Source: Selaginella moellendorffii (Eukaryota > Plantae > Lycopodiophyta). Taken from it: a DNA stretch of 64,000 nucleotides. The stretch covers positions 186,001 to 250,000 of the forward strand of contig NW_003314308.1 in assembly GCF_000143415.4 (NCBI RefSeq), read 5' to 3'. Of this stretch, positions 50,001-63,059 are shown piece by piece. A program made the translations under genes and the position numbers. How positions within the stretch are numbered: the stretch's first letter is position 1; every line of letters starts with the position of its first letter. The notes beneath the pieces are model-generated. The model made no database searches and was not told the origin of the DNA. It worked only from the letters and a program-made list of their open reading frames with translations.

Positions 50001-53000
50001 TGGATACCATACTTTGTAAATTGTTTGTATCCTAAACTCCATGCTTATTAAATATAGTAAAATTAAATAATATATTGTCAATATTTTAGTACCAATTTAA
50101 GCTGATGTAAATCTTTAAAATTAAGTAGTGTAATCAATCCTAAACCATAAAATATAAATCATGTGATCCCTCAGAAGTTGCAATTTCAAAGATCACCACT
50201 AGAAAATATCCATCATTAAGAAGGTTTTTAGTTGATTGTCTAATGGCATAAACAACAACATATAGTATCAAAATGTCTCATATGTTATGAAACTTCATAT
50301 TTATAACTATTCCAATATAAAGGAAAGCTCTTTATTAGATCATAAATTGGCTATCAATGTACACCATACCATTTCCACAAAAATATTCAAAAATATTTCT
50401 TAAAATAATTTTTTTTCCAATCCACTCCACATTAAAGTTGTTCTTTTCTACCCACCTTACAAAAACAATGTTTAAAGATTTGTTCCTAATTCTCTTTTCA
50501 GCTATTGTCATCCTCTCTTTTAAATAATTGATCATGTTTGCATCTTTCTAGAGCTTGATCAAGAGCTTGGCCACTACTTTCCAATTTATCACCATATATT
50601 CTTGTATCAGCACAGATATGAAAAAATAAGGAAGTAAAAACAAAAAATGATGATGGAAGTTAGGGAAATAGTAAATGTCCTAGAGATGAACTTTAGTTTA
50701 GTGATATTTAGTTGATTAATTTTTTAATCACTACTTAGAAATTTCCAAATAAAAACCAAAAACATAAGAAGAGGATGTGAAATTGTTATATAATATTCAA
50801 ATTGTTTTATTTTTATAGTGATTATTGATCGTTTGATCCAATCACTTTTCCCATGACTATCTTATATATATATACTTTAGCTAAACATCATCAATAGTAT
50901 CATCACTACAAAATTTTATTAGTTAAGATACTTTACCACTAGTACCATCAGTACTTATTTAATCTTTTTAATCAATAGTGACCACCACCCATATTTCACT
51001 ACCACTATTTTAGTAGCTTTATGATTATTAGAAAATAGCAAATAAGTTATGCAAACCAAATTGCTAATTGATCTTTTTTCCTTTCTTTCTTTTATATATT
51101 TTTTTCTTTATTTTCTTTTTTACATTTTTACTTTTTGTACCTTTTTTATAATTTTGCTTCTTTTTTTTTTCTTCTAATTAAGATAACTTTCAAAAGGCCA
51201 ATTGAACCAAAAATAAATTAAGTATATAGTTTGCTAGTGTTTTTATGGGAATGCCTTTAACACAAAAGTGAAAAACTTTTACCCTACAAGTAATATCATG
51301 TTAAAAGAAAATTTAAAAACATTGCATAGAAGGCCAAAAAATCCAACTTCTATGATTGGGGATCTTTGCCACATGGTACTTGGTGTGATTTACATTGCCA
51401 AATAAAATGATATCAAATGGTTATACTAACAATTTAGATATCATCATTTTGGAAGCTTTTGAATTTTGTTATGGTAAAACTTTAAGTATCACCACTTTGG
51501 AATCTTTTGAATTTGGACTTATTAGAAGGTCACCCAACCTAGTACTACTCAAACCCAAAACATTTAACTTCAAAAATCCCAAAATCTTTAATTGATTGGA
51601 AAAGGGGCACACTCTTATTCATGAGTCATTTCCTTTTATATTTAAATCATGATGGAAGGTAACAGTCGCAACTCTCTTGAGAGCCCTACTTTTAATACCC
51701 ATAAGTTTAGCTTAGCTAAAGCATATTGAACTGTTATTTATCAATTTCAATGTATGGTATAGTGTGACTCCCCTAACTAATTAACAGAGTCAAACATGAA
51801 ATTACTCCAATACTAAATATAACTTAGACTTCTTGGGAGGTCACGTAGTGTTAGGCGCCAACTTTAACCATGCTAAAGGGGTAGAATCCTAACACTTAGC
51901 CCAATACTATTCAAACCCAATGATGCTTAACTCCAAATATCCCAAAACTTTTAACTTATTAAAAATGGGGTGCACTCTCATATAAGCTTATGAATTTGAA
52001 TTTCCCAAGAGGTTACCCAGCCCAATACTATTCAGACCCAAGGATGTTTAACCCTAAATATCCTAAGACCCTTAATTAATTAGAAAAAAAGGTGCACTTT
52101 TGTTCATAGCCCTTTCCCTCTATATTTGAACCCCTATGGATCGACTCTCAAATCATTTTCTTTGGTTGTTTATAATCCATCACACTTCTTTGCAAGTTCA
52201 CGCCCTCATGAATAAAAGTTAAGAGCCATAATTCTCCCAAGAGCCTTGCTCTTTTGACACCCTACCCCTCGGGTCGAACCTAGCTGGAGCAAACTAAACT
52301 TGCCAAATGTCAATCAACATGTGGTGTGATTCCCTTAGCCAACCAATAGAGTCGGATCCAAAACCTCTTTAATACCAAATGTAAACTTCTGAATTTAAAC
52401 TTCCCAGGAGGTTATCCAGCTCAATACTATTCAAACCCAAGAACGTTTAACCCCAAATATCTCAAAAATCTTAACTAATTGAAAAAAAGGGTGCACTCTT
52501 GTTCATAAACATTTTCCCTTTATATTTAAACCTCTATGGATCGTCTCTCGAATCATTCCCTTTGGTTGTTTACATTTCATTTATAAGCCTTTTCTTTCTA
52601 TATTTGAACCTTAATAAATTGTCTTTCGAATCGTTCTTTTTAGTTATTAACACACTTGTGGCTGCCTGTCATACTGCCTATGCAATAGTTGTTGCGACTT
52701 GTACAGCTATTCTTGCTACTTTTGCTGCACGCACTTGAGTGTGACTATAAACTGTGACTACTATGCTTTATAAATCATCTGTCTTAAATTCTATAATAGA
52801 ATTAACCAATGTATTATCAGTATTTTAGTACCTATTCAAGCCAACATAAATCTCTTAACTTAGGCAGTGTAATCTAATAAAATAATCATAACCCAAATCA
52901 CTTAACCCCACAGAAGTTGTAATTTCAAATACCACCACTAGAAACTATCCATCATCAAGAAGGGTCTTATTTGAATATTTGATTGTTCAATGGCACGAAC

Positions 53001-54316
53001 AATAATATATGGTATTGAGATGTTTTATGTGTTATAGAACTTAATGTTTATAGCCGTTCCAATGCAAACAAAAGCTCCCTATTACATCATAAGTTGGCTA
53101 TCAGTGTACATTGTGACATTTCCATGAGGATGTTGAGAAAACTCTCTTAAAATGATCTCCCTTTGAGTCCATTCCACATAAAATTTATTCTTTTCTACCC
53201 ACTTTGCAAAATTAATGCTTAAAGATTTTCTCCTAATCCTCTTTTCAGCCATTGTCATCCTTTCCTCTAAATTATTGATTTTATCTATATCTTTTTAGAG
53301 CTTAATCAAGAGTTTAGCCACTACTCTTTAATATATCACCACATTTCCTAATACTAGCATAGGTATGAAAAACCAAGGAAGTAAAATAAAAAGTGAGGAT
53401 GGAAGTTAAAGAAAGAGTAAATGTCCCAAAGATGAACTTTAATCTAGTGATGTCTAGTCGATTAATGTTTTAGTCACTATTTAGAACTTTTTAAGCAAAA
53501 TCCAAAAATACAAAAAGAGGATGTGAAATTGTTATATGATATTCAAATTTTTCGTTTTTGTAGTTATTATTAATCACTTTGCCTAATCACTTTTCCTATG
53601 ACTATTTCATGTATATAAAAATCCAATGAATTATATCTTGATTCATTTATTTTGGTTACTTATACATTTGTGGTTGGCATACTAGTAGCTGTATACAATT
53701 GCTCTTGCTATTTTTGTTATACGCACTTGAGTGCGATTATAAATTGTAACTACCATGCTTTATAAACTATTTATATGTTAACTCCATACCTATTAAATAT
53801 GGTAAAATTAGACAATATATTGTAGTACCTATTCAAATCTATATAAATCTCTAAACTTATATGGTGTAATCCGATAAAATAATCCTAAGCCCTAGAATGC
53901 AAATCATCTAATCTCTCAAAATTTATAGGTTAAAAGACTACCACTACAAACTATCTACTATTGAGAAGGTTCCTATTTGGAATGTTTAACTGTTTAATAG
54001 TACAAATAAAAATATATAATATCGAGATATCTTATATGTTATGGAACTTCATATTTATAGTCATTCTAACAAAAACAAAAGCTCCCTATTACATCATAAG
54101 TTGGTTACTAATATACACCATAGCATCTCCATGAGGATGTTAAGGGAATGTTTTCAAAATGATTTCCCTTTTAATCCACTCCACATTGAAATTATTCTTT
54201 TCTACCTACTTTATAAAAGCAATGTTTAAAGATTTTCTCCCAATCCTCTTTTTACCCATTGTCATCCTCTCCTTTAAATCATTAATATTATCTGCATCTT
54301 TCTAGAGCTTGATCGA
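47050..54316. repeat. AT-rich degenerate macro-satellite-like array
   Basis: ~610-650-bp units: GTAAG(T/C)GCTA anchors at ~47633, 48245, 48876 and 49524. A second module, TCTAGAGCTTGATC-like, recurs at ~50548, 53296 and 54301. Shorter CCCAATACTA..AAACCC modules lie at 51500-52620. Confidence 0.85.
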
Positions 54317-54703
54317 TGTCAAGACCCCTGACAAGATCAAGACTGGAAAATGCAAAAAGACAAAGAGAAAAGCTAGTGGAAACAAAGAAGAGGCCTTAGA
54401 CTGGCGTTGATTCAGATTGTGGAGAAATGGAACAAGGCTAACCTATATATACTATAGGTTGATGAAGCTCCACCACTCTTGGATCGAGGACGGCCTAAAT
54501 ATAGCTGAGGTCGAGGAGGTGCCACATCATCATCAGGAATGTGGCTCGAGACTCAGGAATCGGGAAGTGTCTCGAGAGTCAGGAATAGAGAAGTGTCTCG
54601 AGAGTCAGGAATAGGGAAGTGTCTTGAGAGTCAGGAATGTGGTCTGCAGGTCAGGAATCCGGCGAGAGTTAGGAATGTGGCAAGAATTGGGGGATTCCTG
54701 ACA
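54317..54703 (-). repeat. 3' LTR of chromovirus
   Basis: TGTCAAGACC...TTCCTGACA; contains ~26-bp tandem units (TCAGGAATxGxGAAGTGTCTxGAGAG). Confidence 0.97.
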
Positions 54704-54714
54704 GCACCCCCTCC

Positions 54715-57700
54715 TCAAGAACGAGTGGAACGAGGATGTGAACGAGAACGAAGAGGAGGATGAGATGAGCGGCGAGGGATGGGAGATGGAGAAAAAGAAT
54801 GAGGACTGGGACGAGAAGGATAGCGGCGGTGGAAGTCCTGAACAAGGTCAAGAGAATGAATCAGGTTGTCCGCAGGTTCCCAAGTGCGTTCCTCAGGTCC
54901 GTAACCCTTCCAGTCCACCAAATAGTAGAGTTTAGACCGTGAAATCTTGGAATCAAGGATGTCCTGAACCTCGTACTCAGACCCATCCTCGAGCTGCACT
55001 GGTGGAGGCGGAGGAATGACCCGATTTGGAATAGGACTGGGAATATAAGGCTCAAGGAGAGAGGAGTGAAAAACGGGGTGAATTTGATATGAGGAGGGAA
55101 ATGCAAGGCGATAAGTCATAGGATTAATGATGGCAGTGATAGGGAAAGGACCAAGGTGTTTGAAATCGAGTTTTGGACAGGGCCTGGTGGTGGAGATATT
55201 TCGCCTGAGGAGCCAGACTTTATCCCCGATATTGTAAGGGGGACAATCCTGACGATGGACATTGGCAAATGTTTTATGAGATTCCTGAGCATGATGGAGG
55301 TGGAAGGAGATGGAGTTGTGGATTTCCTGGAGGTTGGAGATAAATGCCTCAGAGCGGGGATTTGAACGAGAGGATTCAGATGGAGAAGGAAGTGAGAGAT
55401 TGAATCGGGGATTTCGGCCAGAGTTCGCAAAGAAGGGGGAAACTCGAAGAGAGGAGTGAACAGAGTTGTTATAGGAGAACTCAGCAAGGGGAAGGATATC
55501 AAACCAGTTATCCTGATGATAGTTGATGAAGCACCTCAAGAATTGTTCCAACGTCTGAATCGTTCGCTCGGACTGCCCATCAATTTGAGGATGATATGCC
55601 GAAGAGAGGTTGGCCTTCACTCCAAGCAGCTGCAAAAACCGTTGCTAGAAATGAGAGATGAACTAAGGCCCCCGATCCGAAACCACATCTGTAGGAATCC
55701 CATGAAGTCGGAAAATTTCCCTGAATACCAGTTTTGCCATGTCCTCGCCCGAAAACTCCTTGGTACATGGCAAGAACTGCGCCATCTTTGTGAAGCGATC
55801 CACCACGACTAAAATGCTGTTGAAGCCTCCAGAACTCGAAAGATCACTCAAGAAATCCATGGAGATGGATTCCCAAGGACCTGAAGGGACCGGAAGGGAA
55901 CGAAGCAAACCTGAAAGAAGGTGGCGAGGTACCTTATTCCGGGCACAAGTGTCACAGGAGGTAACAAAAGCTTTGATGTAGTCGTCCATGTGAGGCCACC
56001 AAAAGTCCCGTGCAACTAGCTCATAGGTTTTCGCAATGCCGAAGTGACCAGCAGTCGGGCTATCGTGGCACGCCATCAGGACCAACCTTCGAGCATCACC
56101 TTCAGGAACGTAAAGCTGCTCCCCACGGTACAATATGCCATCTAAGAACTCGAACTCGTCAAATCGCCGGCAGTCGGGAGTCACTGGGTGTCCAGCCTGA
56201 AGATGGGGGAAGATGTCGCTAGCGAGATCATTAGATTGAAGATCGTTTCTAATTGCATCCATCAAGGAAGAGTCCTGAGGGGCCAGGGAAATTGCCATAA
56301 CTTGAAGCCGATCAGGACCGAGGATAACTTGATCCTGTTGATCGAAGGCAGGATTACCAGGCCTGAGATTGAGATAGGAGCGCCTTGAAAGAGCATCAGG
56401 AAGGCCTTGAAACTTTCCAGGTCTGTACTTGATAACAAAGTCACACCGACTCAGGAATTGTGCCCACCTTGCTTGACGACGGCTTAAAACTCGGGAAGTG
56501 GCAAAGTACTCGAGATTTTTGTGATCCGTCCAGACTGTTGTTTGATGGCTCGCCCCCTCCAAGAAACAGCGCCACTCTCCAAAGGAATCCACGATGGCAA
56601 GGAGCTCCTTGTCGTGGATTTCGTAATTGATCTCCGCAGGCTAGAATTTCCGAGAATGGAAAGCGACCGGATGAAGTTCGTGATCCGCTCCGAGTTGAGA
56701 CAGCACAGCACCAATGGCAAAGTCGGAGGCGTCAGCCTCGATGAAGAAAGGTTATGAGGAATCAGCATGGATCAAGACAGGAGCAGAACTGAAAGCCGCC
56801 TTGAGTGTGTCGAAGGCCTGCTGGGCAGCAGCAGACCAAGAGAAGGGAACATCCTTGCGAGTGAGATGTGTGAGAGGAAGGACAATGTCAAAGTAGTGAT
56901 CAATGAATTTGCGGTAGAAGTTGGCGAAGCCAAGGAAAACCTGAACGTCCGACATTGATTGTGGAGGCTCCCATTCGAGAATAGTCTTGACTTTGGCAGG
57001 ATCCATTGTGATACCCTCAGGAGTGACAAAATACCCAAGGAACTCCACAGACTGCTGATCAAAGGAACATTTCTCAAGCTTCTTATATAGGTCGTGTTCT
57101 CGCAGCTTCACTAGCACCTTGCGTACATGTTCGTCATGCTCCTCCTGAGTTTTTGAGTAGATGAGGATGTCATCGAGGTAGACGATCACCATCTGATCAA
57201 GAAACTCCCGAAAGACGTCGTTCGCCATGTGTTGGAAAACTGCTGGAGCATTTGTCAAGCCAAATGGCATGACAGTGTACTCGAAGTGGCCATAGCGGGT
57301 TCGGAACGCAGTCTTCCATTCATCACCAGGCCGGATCCGGATCAGGTTGTATGCTCCACGGAGGTCGATCTTGGTGAAGAAGCGGGCACCGCCGAGGCGT
57401 TCCAACAGGTTCAAGATCAGGGGCAGCGGATAACGGTTCCGAACAGTCACCTTGTTCAAACCTCGGTAGTCGATGACTAGCCGCAAGCTCCCATCCTTCT
57501 TCTTGACAAAGAAGACAGGTGCTCCAGCTGGGGACTGCGAATGCTGAATGTAGCCCGAGGCAAGGTTCTCATCCATGTACTCTTTGAGGGCCTTAAGCTC
57601 GGACGGGGATAACCCGTAGATAGGCCCCCATGGAGGTGACACTCCTTCCTGTAAATCAATGGGACAATCATAAGGCCGATGAACAGGCAGTACACTAGCT

Positions 57701-58434
57701 TTTTTCTTGTCAAACACATCCCCAAAATCATGATACTTCTCAGGAAGACTGACAAGAGAAACATGCAAAGCTAAAAGAAAAAAAGGTTCTTCATGAAGGA
57801 GTTCTTTCATAGTGATTGTGGAGATAGGAGGAGGCGTACGACTAAATGGAATGATGAGACGAGGATACGGTCCAATGTAAGATGGAAGAGAGGAAAAAGA
57901 AGAGGGTGAAAACTTTATAGAGTCAGGAATAGAACCCCGATTTGAGTTTAGGGAACTTTTCCTGATTCGGACTCGATAAACAGCAGGGGAAGCTGTGGGA
58001 GAGATGAGCTGTAATTCCTTCCAACAGATCTGAGGCTGATGTAGTTGGAACCAAGGAAGACCGAGCACCACAGAGGAGGACTTGCTGTTGATGATGTTGA
58101 AGGCGATATCGGTGACAGTGGACCCGATGTGTACTCGAACGGGCAACATTTCCCTAAGTCCAGAAGATGGAGACACAAAATGCCCGCCGATGCCTTCAAC
58201 CCTCAAATCCCATATGGTAGGAGAAAGAGGAACGTGATGTCGGGCAGCAAAGTCCGTGTCCATGAAGCAGGAAGTTGCACCCGAGTCTAGTAACGCCAGA
58301 GCCTTGAGTCCTGATTGTCCGGTGAAAGAAAGGAGACATGGGACACGGAAGTTGCGGGAATTGGTGGTGGCTTTGATGAAAGGTGGTGAGGAGCTTGATA
58401 AAGAAGAAAAGTGATTTTTATTCGGGGAGTCCAA
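54715..58434 (-). pseudogene. pol: pol (PR-RT-RH-IN-chromodomain) with two in-frame nonsense codons
   Basis: ORFs 56752-58434, 55663-56592 and 54715-55635 are all in one frame. They are separated by TAA ([14 protein letters not shown]) and TAG (SDRGP*F). Chromodomain EYEVQDILDS..YLVDWKGYGPEERTWEP. Confidence 0.93.
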
Positions 58435-58444
58435 ACAGACAGCT

Positions 58445-59417
58445 CCTACTCTGTTTGGACAAGGTCGTTTCCCGACTGCAATAGAGGTGGACTTTGAGGC
58501 AGAGTGAACTCGAGCAGTCGAGGAGGCTTCTTGGGATATACAGCTGCTTTGTGATTAGGATCAGCACAATAGAGGCAAAGATTATGAGATATTCAACGTT
58601 GCTTCTCAGCAGGACTCAACTTCCCTCTAATGAGTCGGGGAGTACCAGAAATATCCATCGGAACCGGAGCAGTAGGTTCAGGAGTATGCCCCGAAGACTC
58701 AAGCTGGGATTCCTGAGTCTGGGATGAAAAAACAGCGGCACGGCGACTTTCCTGACGACGTTTAAAGAGACAATTGTCACATCGAACAGCTTTGTTGATG
58801 GCATCCGACAGGTCCTTGGGATCCTCCATGGTGAGCAACAAATCCTTGACACCGTTGTTGAGGCCGAAACGAAATTGGTCAATCAGGGCCCACTCATCCC
58901 ACTGAGTGTCCAAAGCAAGGAGTTGGAACTCTACAGCGTAGATCGAGGCAGGACGAGACCCCTGAGAAAGACGTCTCATCTTTGTGGTAGCAACCCGAAC
59001 CCGATCTATCTCGCCAAAACATGCTTCGAGCTTCTCTTTGAACAATTGAAGATCCATCAGCTCTGGAACCACGACCCCTTTCATGCTCTTCTCCAGAAGA
59101 GGAGAAAACCATGACAAAGCTGCACCTTCGAGCAACGTCCCAATCGCACCGATTTGAGACTCGGGAGTAGGGTACCGCCGATGTTGAAGTGCGAAGATCA
59201 ACTCCATCTGGTTCTGCAATCCGCGAAGCTCCGAACGCTTGCCTGAAAATTTCGCGGGGAAGCTCACCTTCGGTTCAGGAACTTTGCTGGATCCTTGAGC
59301 CGAAAGTGAAGCAAGCTCCTGCTGCATGCGAAGAAGGGTCGCCTTCAGCTCGGTATTCTCAGACTGGATTTTTGCAAGGACTTCAGCAAAGAAATCAGGA
59401 TGGCTTGGAGACTCCAT
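58445..59417 (-). pseudogene. gag: gag with premature TGA before the zinc knuckle
   Basis: PAKFSGKRSEL, LSQGSRPASIYAVEF, FRFGLNNGVKD, PVPMDI, then EKQR*ISHNLCLYCADPNHKAAVYP. The CX2CX4HX4C knuckle has its last Cys changed to Tyr. Confidence 0.88.
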
Positions 59418-59515
59418 TGGCAAGAAGAAAGAAAAAAAGGGGGAAAAAAAAGGCAAAGGTAATCAAACAATCAAAACGAAAATCAAAAAACGAAAAAACA
59501 CAATCTGAATCAAAC

Positions 59516-59902
59516 TGTCAAGACCCCTGACAAGATCAAGACTGGAAAATGCAAAAAGACAAAGAGAAAAGCTAGTGGAAACAAAGAAGAGGCCTTAGAC
59601 TGGCATTGATTTAGATTGTGGAGAAATGGAACAAGGCTAACCTATATATACTATAGGTTGATGAAGCTCCACCACTCTTGGATCGAGGACGGCCTAAATA
59701 TAGCTGAGGTCGAGGAGGCGCCACATCATCATCAGGAATGTGGCTCGAGACTCAGGAATCGGGAAGTGTCTCGAGAGTCAGGAATAGGGAAGTGTCTCGA
59801 GAGTCAGGAATAGAGAAGTGTCTTGAGAGTCAGGAATGTGGTCTGCAGGTCAGGAATCCGGCGAGAGTTAGGAATGTGGCAAGAATTGGGGGATTCCTGA
59901 CA
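59516..59902 (-). repeat. 5' LTR of chromovirus
   Basis: Near-identical to 54317-54703; followed by TSD ATCGA. Confidence 0.97.
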
Positions 59903-59907
59903 ATCGA

Positions 59908-61400
59908 GGTCTTGGCCACTACTCTCTAATATATCACCATATTTTTTCCTAACAGCATAGGTATGAAAAATTAAAGAAGTGAAAACAAGAAGTGAGAATG
60001 GAAGCTAAGGAAAGAGTAAATGTCCTAGAAATGAAATTAATCTAGAGGTGCCTAGTTGATTAGTGTTTCAATTATTATTTAAAACTTTCTAAATAAAAAC
60101 CAAAAACATAACAAAGAGGATGTGAAATTGTTATCTGATATTTTACATTTTCATTTCCATAGTGATTAACGATTGCTTGGTTTAATCACTTTTCCCATGA
60201 CTATTTATCTATATACACCACCATCATTACAAAACCTCATTAGTCAAGAAACTCAACCACCATTACCATTAATAGCAATTTAATCTTTTTAACCAATAGT
60301 CACCACCACCTGTATTTCAGCACCACTATTTAAGTAGTTTTTATGATTATAAGCAAACAAGTATGTTGTAAGTAAATAAGTTATATAAACCAAATTGTTA
60401 GTTGATCTTTTTCCTTTCTTTTTTTTAAATATTTTTTTCTTTGTTTTCATTTTTACATTTTTGCTTTTGTACCTTTTTTATAATTTTTCTTTTCTTTTTT
60501 TTTATAGACTGGTTGAGACAACTTCCAAAAGGTTAATTGAACCAAAAATAAATCAAATATATAATTTTTTGGTATTTGTGTGGGAATGCTTTTTATACAA
60601 AAGTGGAAAACTTTTATATGCCAAAAGCAAAATTGTAATGAAAGAAAATTTATAAGCATTTCATGGAGGGTAAAAATACCCAACTCTTGATATGATTGGG
60701 AATCCTTGCCATATGGTATTTAGTGTGAAATTTACAATGCCAAAAGAAATGATATTAACTATATTTCAGATATCACCACTTTGGAAGTTTTTGAATTTGA
60801 ACTTCCTAGGAGGTCACCCAGCCCAATACTACTTAAACTCAAAAATATTTAACATCCTAAAATTTTTAACTGATTAAAAAAATAGTGCACTTTTATTCAT
60901 AAGTCATTTCCTTTTTTATTTGAACCCCAATAGAAAGTAAGAGTTACAGCTTTACTAAAAACCCCGCTTTTGACACCTTACCCTTTAGGTATAGCCTAGC
61001 TTAAGCATACTATACTATTATATGTCAATCTCAATATGTGGTGTACTCTAACCAACTAATAGAGTTAAACCAAAAACTATTCAGATACTAAATATAACCT
61101 ATTGAATTTGAACTTTTTGGGAACCCAATATTACTTAAACCTGATCTAAAGCTTGGCCACAACTCTCCAATCAATTACCATATCTCCTCCTAGAAGAATA
61201 GGTATGAAAACCAAGGAAGCAAAAACAAAAAGTAAAAAAGGAGGCTAAAGAATGCAAGTTTGAAGCAAAGGAATCAAAACTTTACTAGTTATGAGTCACA
61301 AGAGTTGCAATTGTCTGAGAGTGAATATCATTGAGCATAGCAAAGAAGTGAGAATTGTGAAAAGAAAATATGAGAAAACTAGGTTGGTCTCTTTGGTTTT
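59908..61400. repeat. Continuation of the macro-repeat array interrupted by the chromovirus
   Basis: The sequence resumes ..TTGGCCACTACT.., homologous to the empty-site copies at ~50568 and ~53316. Confidence 0.85.
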
Positions 61401-63059
61401 AAATGAAGTAGAAGGGAAAGAATTATTTAGTAATTGCCAAGGCTGGACAAGTAAGTAATAAGTAAATCCATGCAAATGTGAAGTAGCTTCTTTTAGTTAC
61501 ACATATTAAGAATTTGAATGAAGAAAAGGTGGCCACCACATGAAATAAGTTAAGCACCCCTATCATTGAGCTCTAGGACATGAGATCCACCAATGTCATT
61601 GTATTGAAGATGTTGTGTGACATGTGAGTGGCAAGGCATGGTGAGCATGAGTTGAGAAGAGAGCATTCCAGAAAACTTTATTCCACTCAGGCATTGGGAA
61701 AAAGATGAATTTGGTCTTGATGAGGAGATGTGATAAGCATGGTAGTCTAATAGGATAACACCACGAAGTGGAACCTAAACCCTTCATGTGCCATGTGTTA
61801 CATACCATGTGTCCAAAGGATAGTGGTGTGGAACCCGAGGTTTAGAGTCTTGGGCCACTGAACGAAGGAATGGTGCCAAACTCCCAAGCATGGAGCTAAG
61901 GAGTGACGGAATCAAACTACAAAGCAACTCCAGAGCATACAGCCCAAGGAGCAAAGGGACAGGAGCCTGAAACAACTTGGAACAGTCTTAGAGCAACCAA
62001 CATCCCAATGCCAGAACCAACACGTAAAATGGAGCCAAACGGAGTTTGGCACTATTTTAGTATATTAGTGGCCTAACGCAAGAACATGGGTACTCCACCA
62101 GCTAGCATGGTGTAGAATTTGGGCTTAGACCCAAACCAGACGCAGAACAAGGATAAACACGCAAGCAGGAGCTAAACTATGCCTCAGGTTGGTCGGCCAT
62201 GCCCAACCTACCCATTATCCCTATTATACATTTGGAACCCCTCATAGCCCCCCCCTCCCCTTAAGGAACACATGCTTTGGGCTTTCACCCCAAGCCTCCC
62301 TTAGTATTAGGAGTTAGTCTTTGGGACAAGCTCGAAACTTATTAAATATGGAATATTTTTAAATTGCGAATTTGAACACGGGACAAACACCATTGTGTTC
62401 AGAACAATCTCTACATTCCGTAGATATGCCAAATGAGTAAATCTGGACACTTTCCATAAATAGCATTTAAGACTAAAATGAGACTAACACAAAGGGCATG
62501 GAAGGGTGTTTGGCAGACATGGTAAGCTATCATCTAGTGAATATTGAGGGACCAATCTCAATATCGCGGGAGTTCCCAACACTAGCAAGTGCAAATTAAC
62601 AACATGAGTTTCTCGTCACCGTGCCAAATATACTTAACTAAATGACAACATAAGATTTTCTTCTTTAGTGCCCTTCCGGTCTAAGTGCACATGTGATGAC
62701 CAATTTCTCAACTAGCTTAGACAGAGATTGATGACGAGTCCAGCAATACCGACCTCCTGCCATCGTGGCAGTAAGGAAAGAATATCCGAAAGGACTAGCT
62801 GACAGGTAACTTTCAATACCCGAAGTCACATTTGCAACACTAATATCCCCTTGTTGAGCATAAACAATGAAAGGCAATGTCCATAAAGCAATGTTTGTAA
62901 TATTTACTTAGCCTCTTTTGAGCAAGAGAATGGAGACACAAGTTCTAGGAGACAATGTCTAACTCTCTCATTGAGCTTGACACCACAATGGCTCTCTCTA
63001 CATCCCTAGCATGGGCCTAGGACACTAAGAAGCATTTGAAGGAGTCTAGACAAGATGAT

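Larger units (their letters stand above)
54317..59902 (-). mobile_element. Young full-length Ty3/gypsy chromovirus (Tf1/Tcn1/sushi-like)
   Basis: Two 387-bp TG...CA LTRs with 5 mismatches; 5-bp TSD ATCGA (54312-54316, 59903-59907); gag, PR (LLDSGAT), RT (YLDD), RNase H, IN and chromodomain; PPT GAGGAGGGGG next to the 3' LTR. Confidence 0.97.

Noticed and set aside
54525-54660. CRISPR-like regular repeats in the LTR
   Set aside because: Head-to-tail tandem units without unique spacers, inside a eukaryotic LTR, with no cas genes.
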